The position numbers were made by a program, and so were the translations under genes. The notes under the pieces are model-generated. The model was not told the origin of the DNA. It was given only the letters and a program-made list of their open reading frames with translations, and did no database searches. Of a DNA stretch of 64,000 nt, positions 12,201 through 24,825 are shown one piece after another. Within the stretch, counting starts at the first letter, position 1, and the number at the start of each line of letters is the position of its first letter. The DNA comes from Leucoraja ocellata (taxonomy: Eukaryota). Location of the stretch: contig JAWMAR010000005.1 of the NCBI GenBank assembly GCA_036785375.1, forward strand, positions 310,001 to 374,000, written 5' to 3'.

Positions 12201-12937
12201 ATGCTGGGCAGAGAGCAGCAACTTGGTCGGGCAGCAAATCTCGAAGGAGAGGTGCATTGGCTGGAACTTTCATATTTGGAGCGTAGGAGTCTGTGGGGTT
12301 GTCGGTCTTATTGTGGTGTTCAAGATGATGAGGGACATGGATAAAGTGAATGTTCACAGTCCTTTACCCATGGTAGAGGATTGTAAAACTAAAGGGTATG
12401 TGTTTGAGGTGAGAGGTGAGAACTTTTTGAGGGACCTTTAGAAGCAACTTTTTCATGCTGACAGTCCATTTCCCAAATGAGTTGCCTGAGAAAGTTGTAG
12501 AATCCGATACAATTACGACTTTCAAAGAACATTTGGACAGATATTTGAATAGGAAGGGTCGAGAGGGCCAAATGCAGGTAAGTGGAATTAGCCCAGAATG
12601 ACAACTTGGTTGACATGGACAAGGTGGGCTTAAGAGTCCATGCTATATAGCTCTGTGACCATGACTGTGACTGTGACTTTAAGATCCCATGGGGCTCAAC
12701 ATTATTCGAGAACAGAGATACATACCATAGATTGGGCCTGTGTTCAGACACTCAACGGAACAGTTCGGGCAATGACTGGAACTGATTTGAACTCATGAAT
12801 TGAAGCACAGAAAGTGCTGTATTATCACTGGGGGTCGGGCAGCATCTCTGGACAACATGAACAGATGACCCTTCAGACATGCATTCTTCACCATTTTGCT
12901 TTGTGTAACTGGGTTTTGTTTAATTCTCTTTAAACAG

Positions 12938-12948
12938 GAAGCAAATAA
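12938..12948 (+). CDS. Gene A terminal coding exon (GSK-stop)
   Basis: Polypyrimidine tract and taaacag acceptor. G+GA AGC AAA TAA. Homologous to the gene B terminal exon and UTR. Confidence 0.7.
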
Positions 12949-13041
12949 GCATCCCACAGCTGAACTGTCTCAGTGTCCTCGTTTAGATGACGGAAGATTG
13001 GATGATATCTGCACAGGCAGACACGTCAGACATCTAAAGGT

Positions 13042-16000
13042 ATAGAAACATAGAAAATAGGTGCAGGAGTCGGCCATTCGGCCCTTCGAGCCTGCACCGT
13101 CATTCAATATGACCATGGCTGATCATCCAACTCAGTTACCAATCCCTGCCTTCTCTCCATACCCCCTGATCCCTTTAGCCACAAGGGCCACATCTAACTC
13201 CCTTTTAAATATAACCAATGAACTGGCCATCAACCACCTTCTGTGGCAGAGAATTCCAGAGATTCACCACTCTCTGTGTAAAAAATGATTTTCTCATCTC
13301 GGTCCTAAAAGACTTCCCTTTTATCCTTAAATTGTGACCCCTAGTTCTGGACTTCCCCAACTGGTAATAATCCTCCTGCATCTAGCCTGTCCAACCCCTT
13401 AAGAATTTTGTACATTTAAGATCCCCCCTCAATCTTCTAAATTCTAGCGTTTACAAGCCAAGTCTATCCAGTCTTTCTTCACGTGAAAGTCCTGCCATCC
13501 CAGGAATCGGTCTGGTGAACCTTCTCTGTACTCCCTCAATGGCAAGAATGTCTTTCCTCAGATTAGGAGACCAAAACTGTACGCAATACTCCAGGTGTGG
13601 TCTCACCAAGACCCTGTACAACTGCAGTAGAACCTCACTGCTCTTATACTCAAATCCTTTTGCTATGAATGCTAACATACCATTTGCTTTCTTCACTGCC
13701 TGCTGCACCTGCATGCCTACTTTCAATGACTGGTGTACCATGACAGCCAGGTCTCGTTGCATCTCCCCTTTTCCTAATTGGCCACCATTCAGACAATAGT
13801 CTACTTTCCTGTTTTTGCCACGAAAGTGGATAACCTCACATTTATCCACATTATACTGCATCTGCCATGCATTTGTCCACTCACCCAACCTATCTAAGTC
13901 ACCTTGCAGCCTCCTAGCATCCTCCTCACAGCTAACACTGCCCCCCAACTTCGTGTCTTCTGCAAACTTGGAGATGTTGCATTCAATTCCCTCATCCAGA
14001 TCATTAATATATATTGTAAATAGCTGGGGTCCCAGCACTGAGCCTTGCGGTACCCCACTAGTCACTGCCTGCCATTCTGAAAAGGGCCCGTTTACTTCTA
14101 CTCTTTGCTTCCTGTCTGCCAGCCAGTTCTCTATCCACATCAATACTGAACCCCCAATAATGTGTGCTTTAAGTTTGCGTACTAAGCTCTTATGTGGGAC
14201 CTTGTCGAAAGCCTTCTGGAAGTCCAGATATAGCACATCCACTGGTTCTCCCTTATCCACTCTACTAATTACATCCTCGAAAAATTCTATGATTCGTCAG
14301 ACATGATTTACTTTTCATAAATCCATGCTGACTTTGTCCAATGAATTCACCACTTTCCAAATGTGCTGCTATCCCATCTTTAATAACTGACTCCAGAATT
14401 TTCCCCACCACCGATGTTAGACTAACTGGTCTGTAAATCCCCGTTTTCTCTCTCTCTCCCTGTTTAAAAAGTGGGGTTACATTAGCTACCCTACAGTCCT
14501 CAGGAACTACTCCACATCTAAAGAGTTTTCAAAAATTATCACTAATGCATCCACTATTTCTGCGGCTACTTCCTTAAGTACTCTGGGCTGCAACTTATCT
14601 GGCCCTGGGGATTTATCGGCCTTTAATCCATTCACTTCACCTAACACCACTTCCCGGCTAACCTGGATTTCACTCAGTTCCTCCATCTCATTCAACCCCC
14701 GGTCCCTTGCTATTTCCGGCAGATTATTTACGTCTTCCTTAGTGAACCAAAGCAGTTATTCAATTGGGCTGCCATGTCCTTGTTCCTCATGATCAATCCA
14801 CCTGTTTCTGACTGCAAGGGACCTACATTTGTTTTAACTAATCTTTTCCTCTTCACATATCTATAAAAACTTTTGCAGTCAGTTTTTATGTTCCCTGCCA
14901 GTTTTCTTTAAAAATCAATTTACCGTTCCTAATTAAGCCTTTTGTCCTCCGCTGCTGGACTGAATTTCTCCCAGTCCTCTGGCTAATTTGTACGCTTCAT
15001 CTTTTGTTTTGATTTCCCTTGTTGTCCACGGATGCACTACCTTCCCTGATTTATTATTTTTCCAAACTGGGATGAAGAATTGTTGTAGTTCATCCATGCA
15101 GTTTTTAAATGCCTTCCATTGCATATCCACCGTCAACCCTTTAAGAATCAATTGCCAGTTTATCTTGGCCAATTCACGTCATACCTTCATAGTCACCTTT
15201 CTTTAAGTTCAGGACCCTTGTTTCTGAATTATCAATGTTACTCTCCATCCTAATGAAGAACTGTAAAGAAGTGATAGCGACACACTGTAACTTTACTTCA
15301 TTTTATTCATACTGTATTTTATACAGAGAGCACTAGCTGTACGTGGAAACTAGAGAGCGATATGTGGGTGGGGAGGTTGTAATTATACTTGTGATATGGG
15401 GAGTGGTTAGTAGTGATGAGGTAACTATATTAAAGGCACATGCATATCTCGTCTACAAGAACTCAGCCATATTATCATATAATCATAAGGTTCCTCTTGC
15501 CCAAGGGGCCACGCACAACAAGACTGCTAACTAACTCTTCCTCATTACTCAATACCCAGTCGAGAATAGCCTGTTCTCTCGTTGGTTCCACTACATGTTG
15601 GTTTAGAAAACTATCCCGCATACATTCCAAGAAATCATCTTCCTCAGCACCCCTGCCAATTTGATTCACCCAATCTATATGTAGATTGAAGTCACCCATT
15701 ATAATTGTTTTACTTTTGATGCATGCATTTCTAATTTCCTGTTTGATGCCATCCCCAATTCCACTACTACTGTTAGATGGCCTGTACACAACTCCCACTA
15801 GCGTTTTCTGCCCCTTAGTGTTTCGAAGCTCTGCCCATATCGATTCCACATCCTGCAAGCTAATGTCCTTCCTTTCTATTGCGTTAATCTCCTCTCTAAC
15901 CAGCAACGCTACCCCGCCTCCTTTTCCTTTCTGTCTATCCCTCCTGAATATTGAATATCCCTGGATGTTCATCTCCCAGCCTTGGTCACCCTGGAGCCAT

Positions 16001-17480
16001 GTCTCCGTGATCCCAACTATACCATATTCATTAATAACTATCTGCACATTCAACTCATCCACTTTATTACGAATGCTCCTTGCATTAAGAAACAAAGCCT
16101 TCAGGCTTGTTTTTACAACACTCTTACCCCTTATACAATTATGTTGAAAAGTGGCCCTTTTTGATTTTTGCCCTAGATTTGTCTGACTGCCACTTTTACT
16201 TTTCACTATTGCTTCTACCCTCATTTTACACCCCTCTGTCTCTCTGCTCTTGCACCCGTCCTCCCACCACATTAGTTTAAATCCTCCCCGACAGCACTAG
16301 CAAACACTCCCCCAAGGACATTGGTTCCGTTCCACCCAGGTGCAGACCGTCCTGTTTGTACTGGTCCCACCTCCCCCAGAACTGGTTCCAATGCCCTAGA
16401 AATTTGAATGCCCCCCCCCGCACCATTTTTCAAGCCACGTATTCATCTGCAATATCCTCCTATTTCTACTCTGACTAGCCCGTGGCACTGGTAGTAATAC
16501 AGAGATTATTACCTTCGAGGCCCTACTTTTAAGTTTATCTCCTAGCTCCCTAAATTCACCTTGTAGGACCTCATCCCTTTTTTTAATCTATATCGTTAGT
16601 GCCAATGTGCACCACGACAACTGCCTGTTCACCCTCCCCCTCCAGACTGTTCTGCAGCCATTCAGTGACATCCCTGACCCTTGCACCAGGGAGGCAGCAT
16701 ACCATCCTGGAGTCTCATTTGCGGCCGCAGAAACACCTATCTATTCCCCTTACAATTGAATCCCCTATTGCTATTGCCCTTCCACTCTTTTTTCTCCCCT
16801 CCTGTGCCGCAGAGCCACCCATGGTGCCATAAACTTGGCTGCTGCTGCCTTCCCCTGATGAGCCATATCCCCCAACAGTTTCCAAAATGGTATACCTGTT
16901 TAGGAGGGAGATAACCGCAGGGGACTCCTGCACTACCTGCCTACTGCTTTGCTGGCTAGTGGCCACCCGTTCCCTTTCTGTCCTCTTACCTTTTACCTGC
17001 GGTGTGACAAACTCACTGTACGTGCTATCCACGACTTTCTCAGCATCGTGGATGCTCTAGTATGAATCCAGCCACAGTTCCAATCGTTCAATGCGGTCTG
17101 CCAGGAGCTGCAGCTGTACACACTTCCTGCAAACGTAGTCACCAGGGACACCAACCATATCCCTGATCTCCCACATGTTGCAGACTGAGTAAACCACGGG
17201 GTTAATCTCCACTGACATGGCTTACCCCCAAATTAAATCAACTCCCTCACACTATAAAAATCTTTATCCTTTAAACTGTACCTTTACTAATAAATACTGT
17301 CCCCTTAACCTGAAAGCAGAAAGGCAAACCTGGGGTTGCACCCAGCTGCTTCCTCTGGTCCGCTTCCACCAATCAGAGGCTTCCACCAGACCCCTTCTCT
17401 GGAAGTGTGATGGAACGTTGCAGATCGGGTAACTCCTCCTCGCACTCGATTTTTAACTCATCGCCCAGGTAACTCCTCCT
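13042..17480 (-). mobile_element. Near full-length decayed CR1 LINE (ORF1 esterase, APE endonuclease, RT) inserted in the gene A 3' UTR region
   Basis: ORF1 IAIGDSIVRG (GDSL/SGNH esterase). EN motifs NARSIRNK, ITETWL, MGDFN. RT motifs YLDFQKAFDKVPH and GVPQGSVLGP. (ATAGAAAC) tail. 5' end approximate. Confidence 0.9.
15262..15457 (-). mobile_element. Solo LTR inserted in CR1
   Basis: TG...CA termini (TGTAAAG / GTCTACA), 5-bp TSD AGAAC, AATAAA on the minus strand. Termini resemble the LTR at 38705-38920. Confidence 0.75.
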
Positions 17481-17556
17481 CTCGCTCCAACGGCTCCCTG
17501 GGCCTCTGTGCCAGAGGTTCCATTCGCTTTATGTATGACCCAAGAGACGTTTATTA

Positions 17557-18812
17557 CAGGGCCGTCTTAACACATGGGCACACTGGGCAGTTGCCCAGGG
17601 CCCCACGAGCACAGGGGCCACATGCTAATCTATGTATTGTAGAATGTTATTGTAGAACATGAAAACAGAGAAGAACATCGCAAGTGCATGACGCCATATT
17701 TGATTAGATATAGATATAGATATGCCATTTATTGTCACTATACATGTACAGTGAAACTGAAAGCTGCTCGTACTCAGTGCATACATACAATTTAGCACAA
17801 AAAACAAGAGACAGAAAAACAAAAAACAGAAGGGAGATGGGGGGGGGGGGGGAATAGGTGCACAAATTCTGCGGCGCTACATTCATATATACATATATAC
17901 AGATGGAAGTCCGTGTTGGGTGGTGTAGTCAGTGCATGTGTGAATTTGAATTTATAGTAGATATAATTCTCGGAAAGCAACTATTCCTGAGTCTGTTTGT
18001 CCTGGATTTGATGCACCTATAGCGCCTTCCAGAGGGCAGCAGGTCGAACAGTCCAAACGCAGGATGGGAGCTGTCTTTGATGATCTTCTTTTCCCTGCTA
18101 AGGCAGCGGGAGGTGTAGATGTCCATCAGGGAGGGGAGAGGGCAGCCAATGATCCTCTGCGCTGTCCTGGTTACCCTCTGAAGCCTCTCCCTGTCTGCCA
18201 TGGTGCAGCTGCCATACCATGCTGTAATGCAGTATGTCAGCAGGCTCTCGATGGACGAGCGGTAGAAGGTCAGCAGCAGGTTAGAGTCCAGGTTGTGCTT
18301 CCTGAGGACCCTCAGGAAGTGCAGCCGCTGCTGAGCCTTCTTGATGACCGCTGTCGTGTTGTCCGTCCAGGAGATGTCAGCAGCGATATGGACACCGAGA
18401 AACCGGAAGGTGTTGACCCTCTCCACACACTCGCCGTTGATGTGTAGGGGGGCTAAGTCGGTGCTGTGCCTCCTGAAGTCGACAATGAGCTCTTTTGTTT
18501 TCCTGGTGTTCAGAGCCAGATTGTTTTCTGAGCACCAGGTTGTCAACTTCAGGACTTCCTCTCTGTAGGCTGCCTCGTCTCCCTTCGAAATAAGTCCGAC
18601 CACAGTAGTGTCGTCAGCAAATTTGACGATGCGGTTGTTGTTGTGGGCCGGACTACAGTCGTAGGTGTAGAGACAGTATAAGAGGGGGCTTAGCACACAG
18701 CCCTGTGGGGAACCGGTACTCAACCTGCGATTCAGAATAAAGAAACTGGAAATGTAGAGGCCCCAGTGCACTGCTTTGCCCAGGGGCCTAGAATGATGTT
18801 AAGACAGCCCTG
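17557..18812. mobile_element. hAT MITE with nested Rex/Babar LINE fragment
   Basis: TIRs CAGGGCCGTCTTAAC / GTTAAGACAGCCCTG and a perfect 8-bp TSD GTTTATTA. Confidence 0.88.
17705..18727 (-). mobile_element. Rex/Babar-type LINE, 5'-truncated
   Basis: Motifs GSPQGCVLSPLLY, KFADDTTVVGLI, KTKELIVDFR; microsatellite tail. Confidence 0.85.
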
Positions 18813-19599
18813 GTTTATTAGAAGGATCATTTGGGAAATGTGCAACAAGAAAAAACATCCCTTTCCTCATCATTCTCCCATTGATAGAAGTATAGGAAAA
18901 ATAAGTGGTATCTACATTGAAGCTGGTTGATTGGATGGCATGTATCAGCTAGTTAGTTGCTTCCCAAAGTAAGATGAGAATTTAAAGACAATCAAGTATA
19001 TGGAGATTTTCCAATGGTTGTATAGACTTCCTCGTTATTGTTTACTGCTTTAAAATATTGTATTGATTGTTCAAATTGTTCAACTGCTTGAATATAGATG
19101 TTGCTGCTTTCTAATAAACATGCAGCTTAAACTGTGACGCTATTTTTAAGATAATATAGGAGAGGGCTGAGTGAAATGTTGCATTGTGGTCTCTCTTAAA
19201 TATCACCCCTCTCACCTTAAGCCAATGTCCTCGAGTTTTACAATCTGTACCATGAGGAAATAAACTGTGTGTTCACCTTATCCATGCCTCGTGTCATTTT
19301 ACATACTTCAGAAATCTCACCCTTAAGCCAATCACCCTTCAGTTTCCTATGCTCCAAAGGAAATAGGTCGCAGCCAATCCAGCTTCACTTTATAACTTAG
19401 ACCTGCAAGGATCAGTAAAATCCTGGTGAATCTTCTGCACCTTCTCCAACGTTGTGACATCTTTCCAATAACTAGCGACTGGAACTGCACACAGTATTCC
19501 AAGTGTGGTCTCACCAATAATTTGTACAGAAATATCATGATGTCCCAATTTTTTTATATGGTCAAGAGTACTTTTGTAATGGTCAGGAGTTTGAAGAAA

Positions 19600-22430
19600 A
19601 AGGCATTGGGCAGGTCTAGGCAGCTGGGATCAATTGTAGTTTCTGGAACTAAGCTAATACGGGAAATCTGAAGGGCAAAAAGGGGACAGGAGATGGCTCT
19701 GGTATACAGCACTAAGAATAATCCCAAGAGATATTAAAGCACATACAAGGAAAAAGGGTAACCAGCAAAAGTGTGGGACCCCTCAGGATCAATTCTGTGT
19801 GTAGTGGTCAATTCTGTGTGGAGCCACAGGAGATGGGCAAGATAGCAAAGTTACAAAATTTTGAGATTTTAAAAATCAAGTCTGAAATTTATCCCATCAG
19901 ATAAAGCATAAAAATAAGTTTAATTTGACGCCTAATTTACTTTCATATCTTCAGTATTAAAAAGGTTATGGCCATTTTCATACTCGGAAATTAGCATATT
20001 GTTCCCTATTGCTTTTCCATTGACTTAACTCGAAAGCTGTGATCAAGGACACTCAAAAGCCCATAACTTTCTTAAAAATTAAGAGAACTGAATGAAATTT
20101 TCAGTTATTACAGATTGAAGCATTCTGAAACAAATTTGAAACAATCTTACTTGGATGTCCTGAAATTAAAGCATATAATTAGTTAGTTACCTAATTGTAG
20201 CTAATTATAAAATTCAATTACTAGATCTAAACATCTATCCATTTCTTAAGAAAAGGTTAACATTTTTAAATAGTCAGGTGTTCAAATAACATTCACACAA
20301 GAACTCACAATATAACATGATTTTTAAATCTCATTGTCATGAATTTATAGGCCAAATGGAAGGAATTTAGTGTTTAATTCCCGTAAATTAATGGCCATTT
20401 AAATCATCTTGCGAGTGGATTTTTGTGGAACGCGATTGTTTGGAACGTTGCGGTTTGCGGTGAATTTAAACCCCATATCGGCAGGAAAAACACTGCTGTT
20501 TTGTATGGGGCCTAAATCACCTTTTCACAAGGTAAACTTTGGATTAAAGTAATCCTAAGAAGCAAGTTTATATGTAAAATAAATGGCTTACCTTTATTTG
20601 TCCATACGGGAGATCCGTCCTGTTGTCGGCATTGACGGCGTTAGAAGTCGATTTTTATTTTACTCCAGCCATTAAATTGTCCAGCGATGTTTTATAACAA
20701 CTTCAGAGAACGGAAGTCGGAGCGATTTTTCTGCAGCAGCTGAACAGGCTGAGAAAGATCGACTCCGACAGGCAGAAGAAAATGGTATTTTAATCCTGCC
20801 CCCCTCTCAAAGGTGCCAAAGTCGCGCACACAGCCAGTGGCAGAACTGCAGTGCCGCTGAAGGTAAGTTTTGTAACATACCTAGGCAAGGTCTTCAACGA
20901 GAGTTTTTATCGTGGAGAAAGACAGGAGGATGAGGGATCTTGGGGTAGTCACTGGAAGTGGCTTGAGAGCAGTCAGTATTATGGCCAATAGACAATAGAC
21001 AATAGGTGCAGGAGTAGGCCATTCGGCCCTTCGAGCCTGCACCGCCATTCAATGTGATCATGGCTGATCATCACCAATCAGTACCCCGTTCCTGCCTTCT
21101 CCCCATATCCCCTGACTCCGCTACCTTTAAGAGCCCTATCTAGCTCTCTCTTGAAAGTATCCAGAGAACCGCCCTCTGAGGCAAAGAATTCCACAGACTC
21201 ACAACTCTCTGTGAGAAAAAGCGTTTCCTCGTCTCCGTTTTATGTGGCTCCTGGTTCTGGACTCCCCCAACATTTGGAACATGTGGCAGAGGTCGCAGAG
21301 GTGCTGAAGGTACCTGAAGCGCATGAAGATAGGCAAATTTCCCGAGTCTGATCAGTTATATCCTCGGGCACTGTGGAAACGAGGAGCCCTTGCAGAGACT
21401 TATGAATCATTGTTCGATACAGCCAAGTTGCCGGAAGAGTAGAGGGAGGCAAATGTTGTGCCTCTATTCAAGAAGGGCTGCAGGGAAAAGGCTGGAAACT
21501 ACAGGCCAGTGAGCTTAACATTTGTGGTTGGAAAGTTACTAGGGAGTATTCTAGGGGATACGATACGATATATATATATCTGCACTTAGATGGACAGGGG
21601 CTGATTTGGGATAGTCAATATGGTTTTGTACATGGGAGGTTGTGTCCCCCGAATCTGTTTGAGTTATTTGAGGATGTCACCAAAAAGGTCGATGAAGGTA
21701 GAGCTGTGGACATTGGATACATGCATTTTAGTAAGGCATTTGACAAGGTACCGCATGGTAGGATGCTCGAGAAGGTTAGATCCAATGGAATTCATGGAGA
21801 TATCGATGAATGGATGGGTAATTGACGTCATTGAAAGAAGCAGAGGGTGATGGTAGAGGGTTGTTTTTTCAGACTGGAGGCCTGTGACTGGTGGTGTGAC
21901 TCAGGGTTTAATGCTGGGCCCATTGCTGTTTGTCATCTGTATCAATGATTTGTACGAGAACGTGCATGGCATGGTTAGCTAGTTTGCAGATGACACAAAA
22001 GTGGTTGGTATTGTAGATAGTGAACATGGTTATCAAAAGTTGCAGCAGGATCTTGTTGATTGGGCAGGTGGGCTGAGCAATTGTTGATAGAATTTAATAC
22101 AGATAAATGTGAGGTGTTGCATTTGGGAACACGAACATGGGCAGAATCTACACAGTAAATGGTAGAGCAGAGGGATTTAGGAGCACAGGTATATAGGTAA
22201 TTGAAAGTGGCATTACAGGTAGATAGGGTGGTCAAAAAGGCTTTTGGCACATTGGCCTTCATCAGTTAGAGCCCTGTATAGAAGTTGGGAGGTCATGTTG
22301 TACACGTATAAGACGTTGGTGAGGCTGCATTTAGTGTATTGTCCCCAGTTTTTGTAAACATGTTATGGGAAAGATGTTATCAAGCTGAAAATGGGCGCAG
22401 AGAAGATTTACGAGGATTTTGCCAGGACTC
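19600..22430 (+). mobile_element. Old degraded CR1 ORF2, interrupted by the TAG transposon and a younger CR1 3' end (~20987-21280, - strand)
   Basis: Frameshifted RT motifs (FSKAFDKVPHG, FADDTK). Confidence 0.75.
19843..20883. mobile_element. Second member of the same 7-bp-TSD DNA transposon family, opposite orientation, inserted in a CR1 fragment
   Basis: TIRs TAGCAAAGTTACAAAA / TTTTGTAACATACCTA. TSD GGCAAGA / GGCAAGG. Internal homology to 2802-4164. Confidence 0.85.
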
Positions 22431-22905
22431 AAAGATAGCTTGGGAGTACATAATAATGTTATAGTCTCAATCTCCCAACCTACTCACTGCGGTAGGTACC
22501 TTGTACAATTTTATTTGGACTTTCTCTGTGTCTGTAACATTGTATTCTGTACGCTTGATATTTTTGCACTCCCTGTTGTACTTGTGCCTGGTGTGATTGT
22601 ACTCATGTGTGGTATGATTTGCATGGGTAGCACACAAAACAACGTATTTTCACTGTATCTCAGTACACGGGTTAATAATAAACTAATATCAATGCAAATG
22701 TGTGTCGGGCCAGGGAGATGGTGTCTGCCAAGGATCTGTTTTGTTGCTGGTTGAATTGTAATGGATCAATTCTGTGTTTGCCAGCAAACATCTTACTCCA
22801 ATTAACCTTTGCAAGCTCTTGACTAACACTGTTAAAATTAGCCTTGCCCTAATTTAAAACTTAAATTGTGATCAGATCAGTTCTTTTCCATAGCTATTTT
22901 AAAAT

Positions 22906-24825
22906 GGGGCGGCACGGTGGCACAGGTAGAGTTGCTGACTTACACTGTTTGCAGCGCTGGAGACCCGGGTTCAATCCCGACCACAAGTGCTGTCCCTACG
23001 GAGTTTGTACATTCTCCCCGTGACCACATGAGTTTTCTCCGAGATCTTCGGTTTACTCCCTCACTCCAAAGACGTACAGGTTTGTCGGTTAATTGGCTTT
23101 GGTTTGCATACTAGGCATATAGTGCATTCAGAAAGTATTCAGACCCCTTCACTTTTTGCACATTTTGTCACGTTACAGCCTTATATTAAAATTCTATTTT
23201 TTTTAATCATCAATCTACACACAATAGCCCTTAATAAAAAAGCGAAAACAGGTGTTTAGAAATTTTTGCAGTATTAAAAAGAAATAACTGAAATATCACA
23301 TTTACATAAGTATTCAGACCCTTTACTATGACACTCAAAATTGAGCTTGGTTGCATACTGTTTCCACTGATTATTCTTGAGATTTTTCTACAACTTTATT
23401 AGAGCACCAGTGGTAAATTGAATTGATTGTACATGATTTGGAAAGGCACACACCTGTCTATATATGGTCCCCCAGTTGACAGTACATGTCAGAGCAAAAA
23501 CCAAGCCATGAAAACGAAGGACTTGTCCGTAGACCTCCGAGACAGGATTGTGTCGAGCACAGATCTGGGCAAGGGTATAAAACAATTTCCGCAGCATTGC
23601 AGGTCCCGAAGAACACAGTGGTCTCCGTCATTCTTAAATGGAAGAACTTTGGAACCACTACGACTCTTCATAGAGCTGGCCGCCCGGCCAAACTGAGCAA
23701 TCGGGGGAGAAGGGCCTTGGTCAGGGAGGTGACCAAGAACCTGATGGTCACTCTGACAGAGCTCTAGAGTTCCTCTGTGGAGATGGAAGAACCTTCTGAA
23801 GGACAACTATATCTGCAGCACTCCACCAATCAGACCTTTATGGTAGAGTGGCCAGACGGACGCCACTCCCCAGTCAAAGGCACATGATAGCGTGCTTGGA
23901 GTTTGCCAAAAAGTATGAGAAACAAGATTCTCTAGTCTGATGAAACCAAGATTGAACTCTTTGGCCTGAATGCAAAGCGTCATGTCTGGATGAAACCAGG
24001 CACCACTCATCACCTGGCCAATACCATACCTACGGTGAGGCATGGTGGTGGCAGCATCATGTTGTGGGGATGTTTTTCAGCAGCAGGAACTGGGAGACTA
24101 GTCAGGTTTGAGGGAAAGATGAACGGAGCAAAGTAAAGAGAGATCCTTGATGAAAACCTGCTCCAGAGCATGCAGGACCTCAGGTTGGGGAGGAGATTCA
24201 CCTTCCAACAGGACAATGTCCCTAAGCACACAGCCAAGACAACGCAGGAGTGGCTTCGTGACCAGTCTGTGAATGTCCTTGAGTGGCCCAGCCAGTTCCC
24301 GGACTTGAACCTGATCGAACATCTCTGGAGGGACCTGAAAATAACTGTGCATCGACGCTCCCCATCCAACCTGACAGAGCTTGAGATGATCTGCAGAGAA
24401 GAATGGGAGAAATTGCCCAAATACAGGTGTGCCAAGCTTGTAGCGTCATACCCAAGAAGACTTGAGGCTGTAATCGCTGCCAAAGGTGCCTCAACAAAGT
24501 ACTGAGTAAAGGGTCTGACTACTTATGTAAATGTGATATTTCAGTTATTTCCTTTTAATTACTTTGCAAAAGTTTCTAAACACCTGTTTTTTTTTAATAA
24601 TGGAGTATTGTGTGTAGATTGATGATAACAAAAAATGAATGTAATGAATTTTAGAATAGGGCTGTAATGTACCAAAATGTGGAAAAAGTGAAGGTGTTTG
24701 AATATTTTCTGAAGTCACTGTATGTGTAAATAGTCTCCAGTGTGTGTAGGCTTGTGTTAATATGCGGACTCGGTGGGCCAAAGGACCTGTTTCCACACTG
24801 TCTAAACTAAACCAAACTAAACTAA
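22906..24825 (+). mobile_element. tRNA-derived V-SINE (HE1-like) split by the Tc1 insertion; further copies at ~1055-1170, 26277-26450, 26885-27160, 31420-31735, 37030-37290, 47307-47612
   Basis: A/B-box head (GGTGGCACAGGTAGAG...GGTTCAATCCC), V-domain core GGAGTTTGTACATTCTCCCCGTGACC, (CTAAA)n tail. Confidence 0.75.
23120..24720 (+). mobile_element. Tc1-family DNA transposon, second decayed copy, inserted in a V-SINE
   Basis: Same TIRs and a TA flank. Fragments GYKTISAAL, FQQDNVPKH, PDLNLIEHLW, AVIAAKGASTKY. Confidence 0.92.

Noticed and set aside
2573-12948. CD79a/b, CD3 or DAP12/FcR-gamma ortholog
   Set aside because: There is no charged or conserved polar TM residue and no dimerising stalk cysteine or CxxC. 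The paralog has three V-J domains.
22906-22990. tRNA gene-like sequences (several copies)
   Set aside because: These are tRNA-derived SINE heads, followed by the V-SINE core and tail.
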